Virus record (IMG/VR): IMGVR_UViG_3300042196_000163
Span: 1-64,000 of that record
DNA length: 64,000 nucleotides
Source of the DNA: a virus
Taxonomy: Duplodnaviria; Caudoviricetes
Strand: one strand, 5' to 3'
In this document: positions 39,100-47,340 of the stretch, in pieces
Layout: every line of letters starts with the position of its first letter
Numbering within the stretch: position 1 is the first letter of the stretch
Notes under the pieces: model-generated
Databases searched by the model: none
What the model was told of the DNA's origin: nothing
The model's input: the letters and a program-made list of their open reading frames with translations, nothing else
Translations under genes and position numbers: made by a program

Positions 39100-39915
39100 A
39101 TGGCGAACCCTCACTGGAGACCGGTCCGATCGATGGCAATGAAATTTACAACCGACCAGATCTTCGCGCTTTATGAAGCGGAAGCGAAGAAGCACGGCGA
39201 ATCCGGCGCCTCGACGATCCAGGACATACGCACACGCAAGTTGGAGATGGACGCGCTATTTCCCTATCTGCGCGACGGTCTGAAAGTGCTTGAGGTCGGC
39301 TGCGGCAACGGCTTCGTCGCTCGTGCCATGGTCGACCGGTTCAATATCGATCTTGACGCCATCGACTTCTCGCCCGATCTGATGGCGCTGGCCAAGCAGC
39401 GCTCATCGGCAGGCGGGTGCGGTCGCGTTAGCTTCAATCGGGGCAATATCCTCGCCTATCGCAAGCCGGGTATTTACGATCTCGTCTATAGCGAACGCTG
39501 CATTCAAAATCTCGTCTCGTGGGAGGAGCAGCAAAAGGGTCTGCGCAATATCGCGGCTTCGCTCAAATCAGGCGGCACCTTCGTGATGCTGGAATCGTTC
39601 TGGACCGGCCTCAACAACCTCAATGCCGCGCGCGCCGAACTCGGACTCGAGCCGATTCCCGAATCCTGGCACAACGTGTTCTTTCACGAAGATCGGACCA
39701 AGGAATACATGGAGCAAATCGGCTGTCGCTATGTCGATCAGAACTGCTTCCTGAGCGGCTATTATTTCGGCTCGCGCGTCCTACTGCCGGCGATGCTGCC
39801 TGCGGGTAAAAAGGCATCGTCAACATCGATCCTGAACGAATTCTTCTGTGCGCTTCCCGCCGCAGGCGATTTCTGCCCGATGAAAATCGTGCGCTTCGAG
39901 AAGCGCGGGGCTTGA
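39100..39915 (+). CDS. Class I SAM methyltransferase
   Basis: VLEVGCGNG, AIDFSPDL, SERCIQNL motifs. Confidence 0.88.
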   Translation: MANPHWRPVRSMAMKFTTDQIFALYEAEAKKHGESGASTIQDIRTRKLEMDALFPYLRDGLKVLEVGCGNGFVARAMVDRFNIDLDAIDFSPDLMALAKQRSSAGGCGRVSFNRGNILAYRKPGIYDLVYSERCIQNLVSWEEQQKGLRNIAASLKSGGTFVMLESFWTGLNNLNAARAELGLEPIPESWHNVFFHEDRTKEYMEQIGCRYVDQNCFLSGYYFGSRVLLPAMLPAGKKASSTSILNEFFCALPAAGDFCPMKIVRFEKRGA

Positions 39916-39925
39916 CCAAGAAGCT

Positions 39926-41035
39926 TCAGGCACTGCGGCGTATCTCGAAGAATCGCCGGACGGCGGCGATGACGTAGTCGACCTGCGCTTGCGTCAACTT
40001 CTCGTGGATTGGCAGGCACAGTATGCGCTGCACCACCTCGCGTCCGATCGGGCATGGCCCCTGCGCCGCACCGGCATATATGGGATGCTCGGGCATCAGG
40101 TGCGCATGATAGATCTTAGTTTCGATGCCCTGGCCGTCGAGCGCGGCCTTGAGCGCATCGCGCTGCGGCGTCTGGATTGTGTAGGTGTAGTACACATTGC
40201 GCGTCCCCGGCGGCTCCGGCGGCACCTGAACGATGTCGCCCAGCCCGCGGGTATAAGCGCTCGCCACGGCGCGGCGGCGCGCGATCGCGTCTTCGATGCG
40301 GCTTAACCGCTGCAGCAGCACGGCCGCCTGGATCGTGTCCATGCGGCCGTTGAACGTGACCGTCCGGCAGAACTCCTTGTCGAACATGCCGTGATAGCGT
40401 AATTCCTCCAGCGCCTGGCGCGTCTTGGCGTCGTGGCACAGCACGATTCCCGCCTCACCGAATGCGTTGAGCACCTTCATCGGGTTCATGCTGATGCAAC
40501 CGACCGGCCCGAACGAGCCCGCCTTGCGGCCATCACGCATAGCGCCGAAGGCGGGGGCGGCATCCTCGATCAGCACCAGGCCGCGTTTGCGCGTGATCGC
40601 CTCGATCTGCGCCATCCGGCACATTGCACCCGTGAAATGCACCGGCATGATCGCCTTAGTCCGCGCGGTGATCGCGCACTCGGCCGCCGCCGGGTCGATC
40701 AACATGTCGTCGCCGATATCGACGAAGACCGGCTTTGCGCCGGTCAGGGCCACGCCGCTCGCGGACCCAACGAAAGAGAGCGCTGGCAAGATCACTTCGT
40801 CGCCGGCTCCGATGCCGAGGCTGCGCAGGGCCAGAAACAACGCCGCCGTGCCTGAGCTGACACCGACAGCATAAGGGGTGCCGCAGTAGCGCGCGACCGC
40901 CGCCTCGAACTGCGCAAGTTCCGGCCCGTTGAGGATTCTTCCATGCTGTAGGATGCGATCAATTGCCGCCAGATAGGCGCCGCGCTCCTCCGCCGAATCG
41001 ACCCGGAGGTCGAGGAAGGGCACGATTATCTGCAC
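39926..41035 (-). CDS. DegT/DnrJ/EryC1/StrS family PLP-dependent sugar aminotransferase
   Basis: SSGTAAL, IEDAA, SMNPMK (PLP lysine), NGRMDTIQAA, LCLPIH. Confidence 0.95.
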   Translation of the reverse strand: MQIIVPFLDLRVDSAEERGAYLAAIDRILQHGRILNGPELAQFEAAVARYCGTPYAVGVSSGTAALFLALRSLGIGAGDEVILPALSFVGSASGVALTGAKPVFVDIGDDMLIDPAAAECAITARTKAIMPVHFTGAMCRMAQIEAITRKRGLVLIEDAAPAFGAMRDGRKAGSFGPVGCISMNPMKVLNAFGEAGIVLCHDAKTRQALEELRYHGMFDKEFCRTVTFNGRMDTIQAAVLLQRLSRIEDAIARRRAVASAYTRGLGDIVQVPPEPPGTRNVYYTYTIQTPQRDALKAALDGQGIETKIYHAHLMPEHPIYAGAAQGPCPIGREVVQRILCLPIHEKLTQAQVDYVIAAVRRFFEIRRSA

Positions 41036-41242
41036 ATGTGGCCCTTTTGCGTTTCGGATGGCGAGGGTTCCGACTTTCCGTCACCCACAACCCGCCAGCC
41101 TGCATCGCGCGCGGATCATGGCCGTCCGCAACGGCTCTTGCCAGGTTAAGCCGTCAACACCCTACCCAGATTCACCCGTTGAAGCGGTCGGTACGCTGGG
41201 CGCGCTGTCACTCCGCCTCGTTGGCCAGGCGGTGGGCCTTTA

Positions 41243-41431
41243 CTAGACGGTTGCGGCGAGGGCTTTGATCGCCTCTTCGCCGATGCTCTGGAAAATCTCA
41301 CACCAAATCTCGTCATCGTGAATGCCGAGCTGGTCATACCGGAAGCCGCGGCGATCATCGAGCGCGCCAAGGTAGATGGCCTTGCCAATGCGGCCCTCGC
41401 GCGTCTCGGGCGTGAAATCGTGATAACTCAT
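41243..41431 (-). CDS. Small hypothetical cassette gene
   Basis: Bounded by junction motifs on both sides. Confidence 0.6.
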   Translation of the reverse strand: MSYHDFTPETREGRIGKAIYLGALDDRRGFRYDQLGIHDDEIWCEIFQSIGEEAIKALAATV

Positions 41432-41446
41432 CCTTCTCGGCCTTTC

Positions 41447-41684
41447 CTAGATCTTGAACGTTGCTTTGTGGGATGCGACGACATCGGCCGGCGGAACAAC
41501 TGACCGCGGGTGGTCGTTCCAGCGCCACCATTGCCACCACCGGGGCGGCGTCCAGCCACTCAGCAGCGCCAGCCGAAGCACCTGAAACCATCCCTCATGC
41601 AGCCGGTCCTCTGGCACGGCATCGCCGACGATCTTCGTGTCACCGCTGCGGCTGGACCATCGGAATGAATAGCTGGTGAGCACG
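41447..41684 (-). CDS. Small Trp-rich hypothetical cassette gene
   Basis: GTG start after AGGAAAGGCCGCGCC; the stop lies within the next junction motif. Confidence 0.6.
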
Positions 41685-41702
41685 GCGCGGCCTTTCCTGT
41701 AA

Positions 41703-41954
41703 TTACTCCGGCACCTTGCCGGTTCGTTCAAAAATCCACTGCTTTGCGGACCAAGCGAATTGAACCCAATAGGCGCTGTGCTTGAGGCCGCCGAGCGAGG
41801 CCGCCCCACCAGATTTGATCCTTTCAGCCGGCGGCACAGGGAAGGGCCCCCAGTCCCAATCGTGGGGAAACGTGGCGTCCGGATCGATGTCGACCGCGGC
41901 GCACATGGCACGCGCCAGATCTTCGATCTTCTTGGGAATGTTCCACTGTTCCAC
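41703..41954 (-). CDS. Small hypothetical cassette gene
   Basis: GTG start after CTAGGAAAGGCCGCGCC. Confidence 0.6.
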   Translation of the reverse strand: MEQWNIPKKIEDLARAMCAAVDIDPDATFPHDWDWGPFPVPPAERIKSGGAASLGGLKHSAYWVQFAWSAKQWIFERTGKVPE

Positions 41955-41967
41955 GGCGCGGCCTTTC

Positions 41968-42150
41968 CTAGGGCTTCAGGATGCGGTCGAGGTGGGCGGC
42001 CGCCTCGTCATGGGTGACATAGCGAGCCACCACCTTATTGCCGTGCAACACCTGATATTCCAAACCGCGCTTGGTCTGGCGCGTATAGAGCATATAGGTC
42101 CGGGGCGGGCGGCGGGTCTTGGCGGGCCCGGCTGCAATTTGAGTTTCCAT
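41968..42150 (-). CDS. Small hypothetical gene, first of the leftward arm
   Basis: ATG 42150 (METQIAAG...); the stop TAG is part of a junction motif. Confidence 0.55.
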   Translation of the reverse strand: METQIAAGPAKTRRPPRTYMLYTRQTKRGLEYQVLHGNKVVARYVTHDEAAAHLDRILKP

Positions 42151-42200
42151 GCAACTTACGATACTCCCGGCTTGCATCTTGTCAATAGCGATGTCACACT

Positions 42201-42224
42201 GTGCCACCCAATCAGTTATGGCAC
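42201..42224. promoter_or_regulatory. Candidate serine-recombinase binding site
   Basis: GTGCCA-N12-TGGCAC inverted repeat in the divergent intergenic region just before the recombinase ATG. Confidence 0.45.
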
Positions 42225-42233
42225 TTAATTCCT

Positions 42234-42785
42234 ATGCGTCGTGGCTATATCCGTGAGAGCCCCCGTCATCCAGCCCGTTACCAGCGCGAAGCCCTTGAGG
42301 CGGCTGGCTGTCGGGCTATCTACGAGCAGAACGGGGAGGCGCTATCCGCGTTCGTCCGTGGCCTGCGCAAGGGCGATATCGTTGTCGTCGACGGGCTGCA
42401 TCGCCTGGCGGCCACTCGGCCAGACTTCCACCGCGCAATACACGCCATCGAAAGGAAGGGCGCGCAGGTGATGGACGCCAGGTCCGGCCAGATCGTTGAT
42501 TCCAAGTGCGTGGCGCTGGTTGCTGAGGCCTTTAGCAACATCGCCGGCGAGGCCCGCATCAAGGACGCCGCGGCGCTTGGCGAGCAGGGCGGGCGCCCCA
42601 AGATCAAGCTTAAGCGGGATCAGCGCGAGATCTGGCGCGATCTCACAATCCCCTCGAATGCGGAGGCGGCTGACATTATCGGCGTCTCGACACGGACGCT
42701 CTACCGCCGCTACGGACCATCGGGTCGCCCGGCCGGTTGGCCGGAGCGGCTGACGACCGGCCGTAAACCCAAACCCTCTAAATAA
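42234..42785 (+). CDS. Small serine recombinase (resolvase/invertase family)
   Basis: GYIRES (catalytic Ser), GDIVVVDGLHRLA, C-terminal HTH GVSTRTLYR. Confidence 0.88.
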   Translation: MRRGYIRESPRHPARYQREALEAAGCRAIYEQNGEALSAFVRGLRKGDIVVVDGLHRLAATRPDFHRAIHAIERKGAQVMDARSGQIVDSKCVALVAEAFSNIAGEARIKDAAALGEQGGRPKIKLKRDQREIWRDLTIPSNAEAADIIGVSTRTLYRRYGPSGRPAGWPERLTTGRKPKPSK

Positions 42786-42795
42786 GGCGCGGCTG

Positions 42796-43059
42796 ATGGA
42801 CCTCGAACAGAAAAAGCAGCTGCTGCAGAACTGGCGCGGTCGGCGCTTGCTGGCGTGCCGCGCAGCTGACGACTTGTGTGCCGTCGTCGCCGCCCTTGGC
42901 ATCGAGGATGCGTCCGAGCTGCCGCCAGAGGGTGGTCCGCGCCCGAAGCCATCCGAGGGCATGATCGCGGAGCTGCAGAACTCGGTTGTCAATGTTAAGC
43001 GGCTGATCCTGCTGATCAATGATGGCCACGTTTCACGATCGAAGCTCAACGGCTTCTAG
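42796..43059 (+). CDS. Small hypothetical cassette gene
   Basis: Flanked by junction motifs. Confidence 0.65.
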   Translation: MDLEQKKQLLQNWRGRRLLACRAADDLCAVVAALGIEDASELPPEGGPRPKPSEGMIAELQNSVVNVKRLILLINDGHVSRSKLNGF

Positions 43060-43073
43060 GAAAGGCGCGATTC

Positions 43074-43292
43074 ATGAGCACGAGTGCAGCCCCAAATCAG
43101 AACTGCCAATGGTGCGGCCAGCTGCACCCGGGCGTTGTCTGCTCGCGGATCGCGGCAATTGAGTATCAGCCTGACGGCGTGACGGTGAAGCGGATCGAGT
43201 TTCATCCGCCAGCGGCGAATTTCGATCTCGGCCGCGTTCTCGTCGGTGGACATCAGCGCGTGGTTGGCTTCACCCCCGAATCAGACCTGTAG
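43074..43292 (+). CDS. Small Cys/His protein (CxxC...H...C)
   Basis: Flanked by junction motifs. Confidence 0.65.
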   Translation: MSTSAAPNQNCQWCGQLHPGVVCSRIAAIEYQPDGVTVKRIEFHPPAANFDLGRVLVGGHQRVVGFTPESDL

Positions 43293-43307
43293 GAAAGGCG
43301 CACTTCG

Positions 43308-43544
43308 ATGACTACTTCCGTCACGATCAAGAACAATGGCCCTTATCGCGTCAACGTGAATGAGGTCGAGCCGGTCGAAGGCCGCCGCCTGGAAGGTGCG
43401 GAGCAAACGGTCAACTCGCATTGCCTCGCCGTCGGCGAGGAGATCACGTTGAATCTCTGGGGTGCTAATCACTATCTATGCGTCATCGAGACAAATGACG
43501 TGGATACGCCGGCCGAAAAGCTGGCAGCAGCGGGCATCCCTTAA
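43308..43544 (+). CDS. Small hypothetical cassette gene
   Basis: Flanked by junction motifs. Confidence 0.65.
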   Translation: MTTSVTIKNNGPYRVNVNEVEPVEGRRLEGAEQTVNSHCLAVGEEITLNLWGANHYLCVIETNDVDTPAEKLAAAGIP

Positions 43545-43566
43545 TCTCTAGATAAGGCGCGATCCC

Positions 43567-43752
43567 ATGAAAGACATGGCAAAGAATGACTGGCCGCCAA
43601 GGGCGAGTGCATCGCGTTTTAGAGATGGAACGCAAAGGCGCGGATCGACTGGACAGCTTTGGGAGGCCCGAAACGGTCAATGGCATAGGGTTGACGATCC
43701 TGAGCGCGGTCGCCTCGTTCCGCTGCACGGATCTGGGCCGGATAACATCTAG
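43567..43752 (+). CDS. Small hypothetical cassette gene
   Basis: Flanked by junction motifs. Confidence 0.6.
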   Translation: MKDMAKNDWPPRASASRFRDGTQRRGSTGQLWEARNGQWHRVDDPERGRLVPLHGSGPDNI

Positions 43753-43765
43753 GAAAGGCGCGCCC

Positions 43766-44023
43766 ATGATCGATATGGCAAAACATCGGCTCGAGCACGG
43801 GGATGAGTTCCCCTACGACGCGCCCGACTTGTGGTGGGGTAGCGACAAGGCCGCGCCCCCGCCGCCGAAGGATTGGGCGCATCGTGCCGCGCGCGGCATC
43901 CTGGCCGATCTCGGTGATCGCCACACTATCAAGCAGGGCTTCCGCGAGATCGACGAGGAAGTCCGCGCGGAGCTCGTTGAATCGCTGGCGGATATCATCC
44001 GCGCAGCTGCACCCTCTAACTAA
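43766..44023 (+). CDS. Small hypothetical cassette gene
   Basis: ATG 43766 after a junction motif. Confidence 0.65.
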   Translation: MIDMAKHRLEHGDEFPYDAPDLWWGSDKAAPPPPKDWAHRAARGILADLGDRHTIKQGFREIDEEVRAELVESLADIIRAAAPSN

Positions 44024-44031
44024 GGCGCGCC

Positions 44032-44169
44032 GTGGGCTACCTCATTCTCCTCGCAACACCGTTGATCGTGTGGCTGGCGGTCTACGTTGTCTTGGTGCTG
44101 CCGGCGCGCGAGGATTTCAAGCGCGTCACCGGCCGCACGGCTCCGAAGCACTGGCTGTTCCCGTTCTAG
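44032..44169 (+). CDS. 45-aa membrane peptide, absent from the ORF track
   Basis: GTG...TAG between two junction motifs; MGYLILLATPLIVWLAVYVVLVLPAR... Confidence 0.6.
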   Translation: MGYLILLATPLIVWLAVYVVLVLPAREDFKRVTGRTAPKHWLFPF

Positions 44170-44181
44170 GAAAGGCACGAT

Positions 44182-44376
44182 ATGCCGAGCTGCCTCCGAA
44201 ACAAGGAATGCTCCTGGTGCGGCCAGCCTTTGACGCAGGCCGCCAAGGGACATTGCGGCGCGATCTATGATCGCTCGGTGTGTTACTGGGTGCCGGCGAT
44301 CAAAGAGCACGGGCCGCGCGAGGCTATTAAGCGGGCGCGGAAAACCGTGCCAGTGCCCGCCGCTCAACCCTCATAG
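44182..44376 (+). CDS. Small Zn-finger-like protein
   Basis: CSWC...HC...C; flanked by junction motifs. Confidence 0.6.
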   Translation: MPSCLRNKECSWCGQPLTQAAKGHCGAIYDRSVCYWVPAIKEHGPREAIKRARKTVPVPAAQPS

Positions 44377-44387
44377 AAAAGGGACCA

Positions 44388-44555
44388 ATGGCGAAGTGCT
44401 GCGATTGCGAGCGGGAAAGGCTGGAGGATGGCTCGCTCCTCGGCCGCGTGCATTGCTGCTGGCGCTGCTACCAGGCAGTCGAGCAGGGTGCCGCGCCGCA
44501 GCACACCCCTGAGTGCGACGCCCGCCACGCTGCTCGCCAGCAACCCTCTAGGTAA
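44388..44555 (+). CDS. 55-aa Cys-rich protein, absent from the ORF track
   Basis: MAKCCDC...HCCWRCY; flanked by junction motifs. Confidence 0.55.
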   Translation: MAKCCDCERERLEDGSLLGRVHCCWRCYQAVEQGAAPQHTPECDARHAARQQPSR

Positions 44556-44562
44556 GGAACCA

Positions 44563-45075
44563 ATGCTGGCCGGCTTCAAAACGAAGAACCATCCGCAGCA
44601 GGTAAAGACCCGCGGCGCGGATGACGAGGTCGACCAGCGGATCACGCCGGACTGGCTGTTCCGCGACTATCATGCGCGCTTCAATTTCACGATCGACGTG
44701 GCCGCCAACGAGGCCAATAGAAAGCTCGATCGACACTACGACCTCGCGGCCAATGGCCTCCGGCAACCGTGGGCGCCTGAGCGCGTCTGGTGCAATCCTC
44801 CGTACAGCAATGTGCCGGCGTGGATGTTCAAGGCTCACCAGGAATTCGAGCGCGGGTGTCCGGTGATCGTCATGCTGCTGCCGTCGAACCGGACCGAACA
44901 GAAGTGGTGGCAGCAATTTGTCGAGCCGCATCGCGATCGCGCCGGCGGGTTCATGCGCACCGAGTTCCTGTCCAAGCGCATCAACTTCGGCGCGCCCGGC
45001 AACGAGGGCGCGGTCTACAACAGCAGCCCACCGTTCGGCTTGGTAGCCGTCATCTTCGAAACACCTTCAAGGTAA
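44563..45075 (+). CDS. Phage DNA N6-adenine methyltransferase (Dam-like)
   Basis: TPDWLF, FTIDVAA, WCNPPYS motifs; ATG 44563. Confidence 0.9.
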   Translation: MLAGFKTKNHPQQVKTRGADDEVDQRITPDWLFRDYHARFNFTIDVAANEANRKLDRHYDLAANGLRQPWAPERVWCNPPYSNVPAWMFKAHQEFERGCPVIVMLLPSNRTEQKWWQQFVEPHRDRAGGFMRTEFLSKRINFGAPGNEGAVYNSSPPFGLVAVIFETPSR

Positions 45076-45082
45076 GGAACCG

Positions 45083-46489
45083 ATGATCTACGGCTCAGTC
45101 TGCAGCGGCATCGAGGCGGCAACTGCCGCTTGGCATCCGCTGGGCTGGCGGCCGGCGTTCTTCAGCGAGATCGACAAATTCCCGCGCGCCGTGCTGGCGC
45201 ACCACTACCCGACCGTGCCGCTGCACGGCGACTTCACCACGATCGAGGCCGGACAATATGCAGCTATCGATGTTCTCGTCGGAGGCACGCCCTGCCAGTC
45301 GTTCAGCATCGCCGGACTCCGCGGCGGACTGGCCGATGATCGTGGCAACCTGGCACTCGAATACCTTCGCCTTGCTCAACGCCTTCGGCCCCGCTGGTTG
45401 GTTTGGGAGAATGTCCCCGGCGTTCTATCAAGCCTATCCCATGAAGCGCCCGATCCATGTGCGCCGCCGCCACCAGTGGATATGGAGCTCGACGGACAAG
45501 AAGTGGCAACTGAAGACGACTACGGAAGCGAAGAGCTACACGCCCTCCAGTGCTTCCTGGCCGGAGTTTCAGAACTCGGGTATGGGTGGTCCTACCGGGT
45601 ATTTGACGCTCAGTTCGCCGGAGTTCCACAGCGCCGCCGTCGCGTCTTCGTTGTCGGATATCTTGGAGACTGGCGACCTGCCGCAGCGGTTCTATTTGAG
45701 CCCGAAAGCCTGCGCGGGGATCCTGCGCCTCGCCGAGAAGCGGGGGAAGGAATTGCCGACCCGCTTGCGGCTGGCACTCGCAGCAACGGCGGGTATCGGA
45801 ACGACGCCGACACCGCAGCGAGCCTTGTCGCCAGCAATGGCGGACTGAGCGGCAAGGACGATCCCGCCGGCCGCGCCGACGCCGACGGCGGCAATAACAG
45901 CTCTGGGCCGATTGATGTCGCGACCGCGCGCAACGCCCATGCGGGACCGCATGGGCGGCTGGATTTCGAGAGCGAGACGTTCGTGACACATGCGCCGCGC
46001 GCCGACGGATTCGATGCGAGCGAGGACGGGACGGGACGGGGAACGCCACTGTGGCCCGTGTGCTACTCGATCATGCCCATGAACAGCGGCACCGATTACA
46101 AGGCGCGCGAGGTTGATGTTGCCCAGCCCGTGATGGCCGGCGGACCTGTCGGCGGGAATCAGGGCGGCGACTACATCGTGTTCTCGGCCAAGGACCACGG
46201 CGCCGATGCGGGCGAGATGTCGCCAACGCTGCGCGCCGGACCGCACCACAAGTCGCACGCGAATGCCGGGGTCATGCCGGCAGTGCTGTCGCCCGGGATG
46301 GCCGTGCGGCGCTTGACGCCACGGGAGTGCGAGCGCCTGCAGGGCTTCCCCGATGACTACACGCTGATCCCCTATCGCGGCAAGCCGGCGCAGGACTGGC
46401 CGCGCTATAAGGCGCTGGGCAACTCGATGGCGGTGCCGGTCATGCGCTGGATCGGCCAGCGCATCGATCTGGTCAACCGCTGCCTATAA
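45083..46489 (+). CDS. DNA cytosine-C5 methyltransferase
   Basis: SVCSGIEA, GGTPCQSFS, WENVPG, PQRRRRVF, LTPRECERLQGFPD, GNSMAVPV. Confidence 0.96.
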   Translation: MIYGSVCSGIEAATAAWHPLGWRPAFFSEIDKFPRAVLAHHYPTVPLHGDFTTIEAGQYAAIDVLVGGTPCQSFSIAGLRGGLADDRGNLALEYLRLAQRLRPRWLVWENVPGVLSSLSHEAPDPCAPPPPVDMELDGQEVATEDDYGSEELHALQCFLAGVSELGYGWSYRVFDAQFAGVPQRRRRVFVVGYLGDWRPAAAVLFEPESLRGDPAPRREAGEGIADPLAAGTRSNGGYRNDADTAASLVASNGGLSGKDDPAGRADADGGNNSSGPIDVATARNAHAGPHGRLDFESETFVTHAPRADGFDASEDGTGRGTPLWPVCYSIMPMNSGTDYKAREVDVAQPVMAGGPVGGNQGGDYIVFSAKDHGADAGEMSPTLRAGPHHKSHANAGVMPAVLSPGMAVRRLTPRECERLQGFPDDYTLIPYRGKPAQDWPRYKALGNSMAVPVMRWIGQRIDLVNRCL

Positions 46490-46501
46490 TTAAGGAGTTC
46501 C

Positions 46502-46846
46502 ATGCGCCTCGCTGATCTCGATCCCCGATGGCTCCTGCGCGGCGAGGAACGCTGCGGCCTGATCTTCCGTTGCCCGCACTGCCGGAATGTCTGGCTGACC
46601 TGCTTCTTTGCGACCTTGCCCAGGGAGGAGCAGTTCCGCATCTGGGGGAACAACGGCGGCGAGCTCGACGAAGATGGCTGGCCGGAGAAGGGCGACACCG
46701 TGGTGTTCTGCAGCCCCAAGGCGAAGTGGTCGATCATCGCCGGCTCGACGTTCGAGGATCTGAGCGTGACGCCCTCGGTTGATGCCAGCGCATCGGGACA
46801 CTGGCATGGTCACCTCACTGCCGGCGCGATCACCGGCGGGCTATAA
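46502..46846 (+). CDS. Second DUF6527-like metal-binding protein
   Basis: FRCPHC...LSVTPSVDAS...HWHGHLTAG. Confidence 0.6.
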   Translation: MRLADLDPRWLLRGEERCGLIFRCPHCRNVWLTCFFATLPREEQFRIWGNNGGELDEDGWPEKGDTVVFCSPKAKWSIIAGSTFEDLSVTPSVDASASGHWHGHLTAGAITGGL

Positions 46847-46860
46847 TTAAGGAGCGTCAG

Positions 46861-47112
46861 GTGACCGACATGATTCAGCGGATCGCGCGGGCGCTTGCTG
46901 CCTTACGAAAAGAGGAAGATCGGGCCGCTGGATTTCCAATCGTTGAGAGCCGATATGCCCCGCCGTTGGCGATGGATATCGGTGCCGCTGAGTGGGCCAT
47001 TGCAGCGCTCGATCAAGGCGGCTATGTCATCGTGCATCGGGACATCAGCCCGTTTAAGACGACAGAGGCCGCAGCGGCGGTCTATGAATCATATCTTAAG
47101 ATTCGTCGATAG
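46861..47112 (+). CDS. Small hypothetical gene, last of the rightward arm
   Basis: GTG after a junction motif; followed by a terminator. Confidence 0.55.
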   Translation: MTDMIQRIARALAALRKEEDRAAGFPIVESRYAPPLAMDIGAAEWAIAALDQGGYVIVHRDISPFKTTEAAAAVYESYLKIRR

Positions 47113-47166
47113 GCAGCCCGCGCGCCGAGGAAAGTCGTTTCCCGAATTCGCCGTCTCAGGTCAAGC

Positions 47167-47209
47167 GAAGGCCGCCGATCCCGGAAGGGGCCGGTGGCCT
47201 TTTCGTTTT
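47167..47209 (+). terminator. Rho-independent terminator
   Basis: AAGGCCGCCGATCCC-GGAA-GGGGCCGGTGGCCTT followed by TTCGTTTT. Confidence 0.7.
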
Positions 47210-47340
47210 CCGGCCCCGTGGGCGCCGCTGCCGCCGCCACCGGTGGGCACTAGGGGCCAGCGCATGGCCCGCGCCAGCGCCCCCGGCGCGGGGCGACGTG
47301 GGGCGGTTCAGCGGCACCGGTGCCCGGTCCCGGAAATCCA

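Larger units (their letters stand above)
41237..46856. repeat. Dispersed 12-20 bp gene-junction repeat, consensus NTMTARNWAAGG plus a GC-rich spacer before the start codon
   Basis: 12 copies on + (42776, 43054, 43287, 43546, 43747, 44014, 44164, ~44371, 44546, 45066, 46484, 46841) and 4 on - (41237-48, 41441-52, ~41691-702, 41962-73). Confidence 0.85.

Noticed and set aside
41237-46856. CRISPR array or integron attC sites
   Set aside because: The repeats are short and degenerate and are separated by whole ORFs of 140-1400 nt. There are no long palindromic attC-type structures, cas genes or integron integrase.
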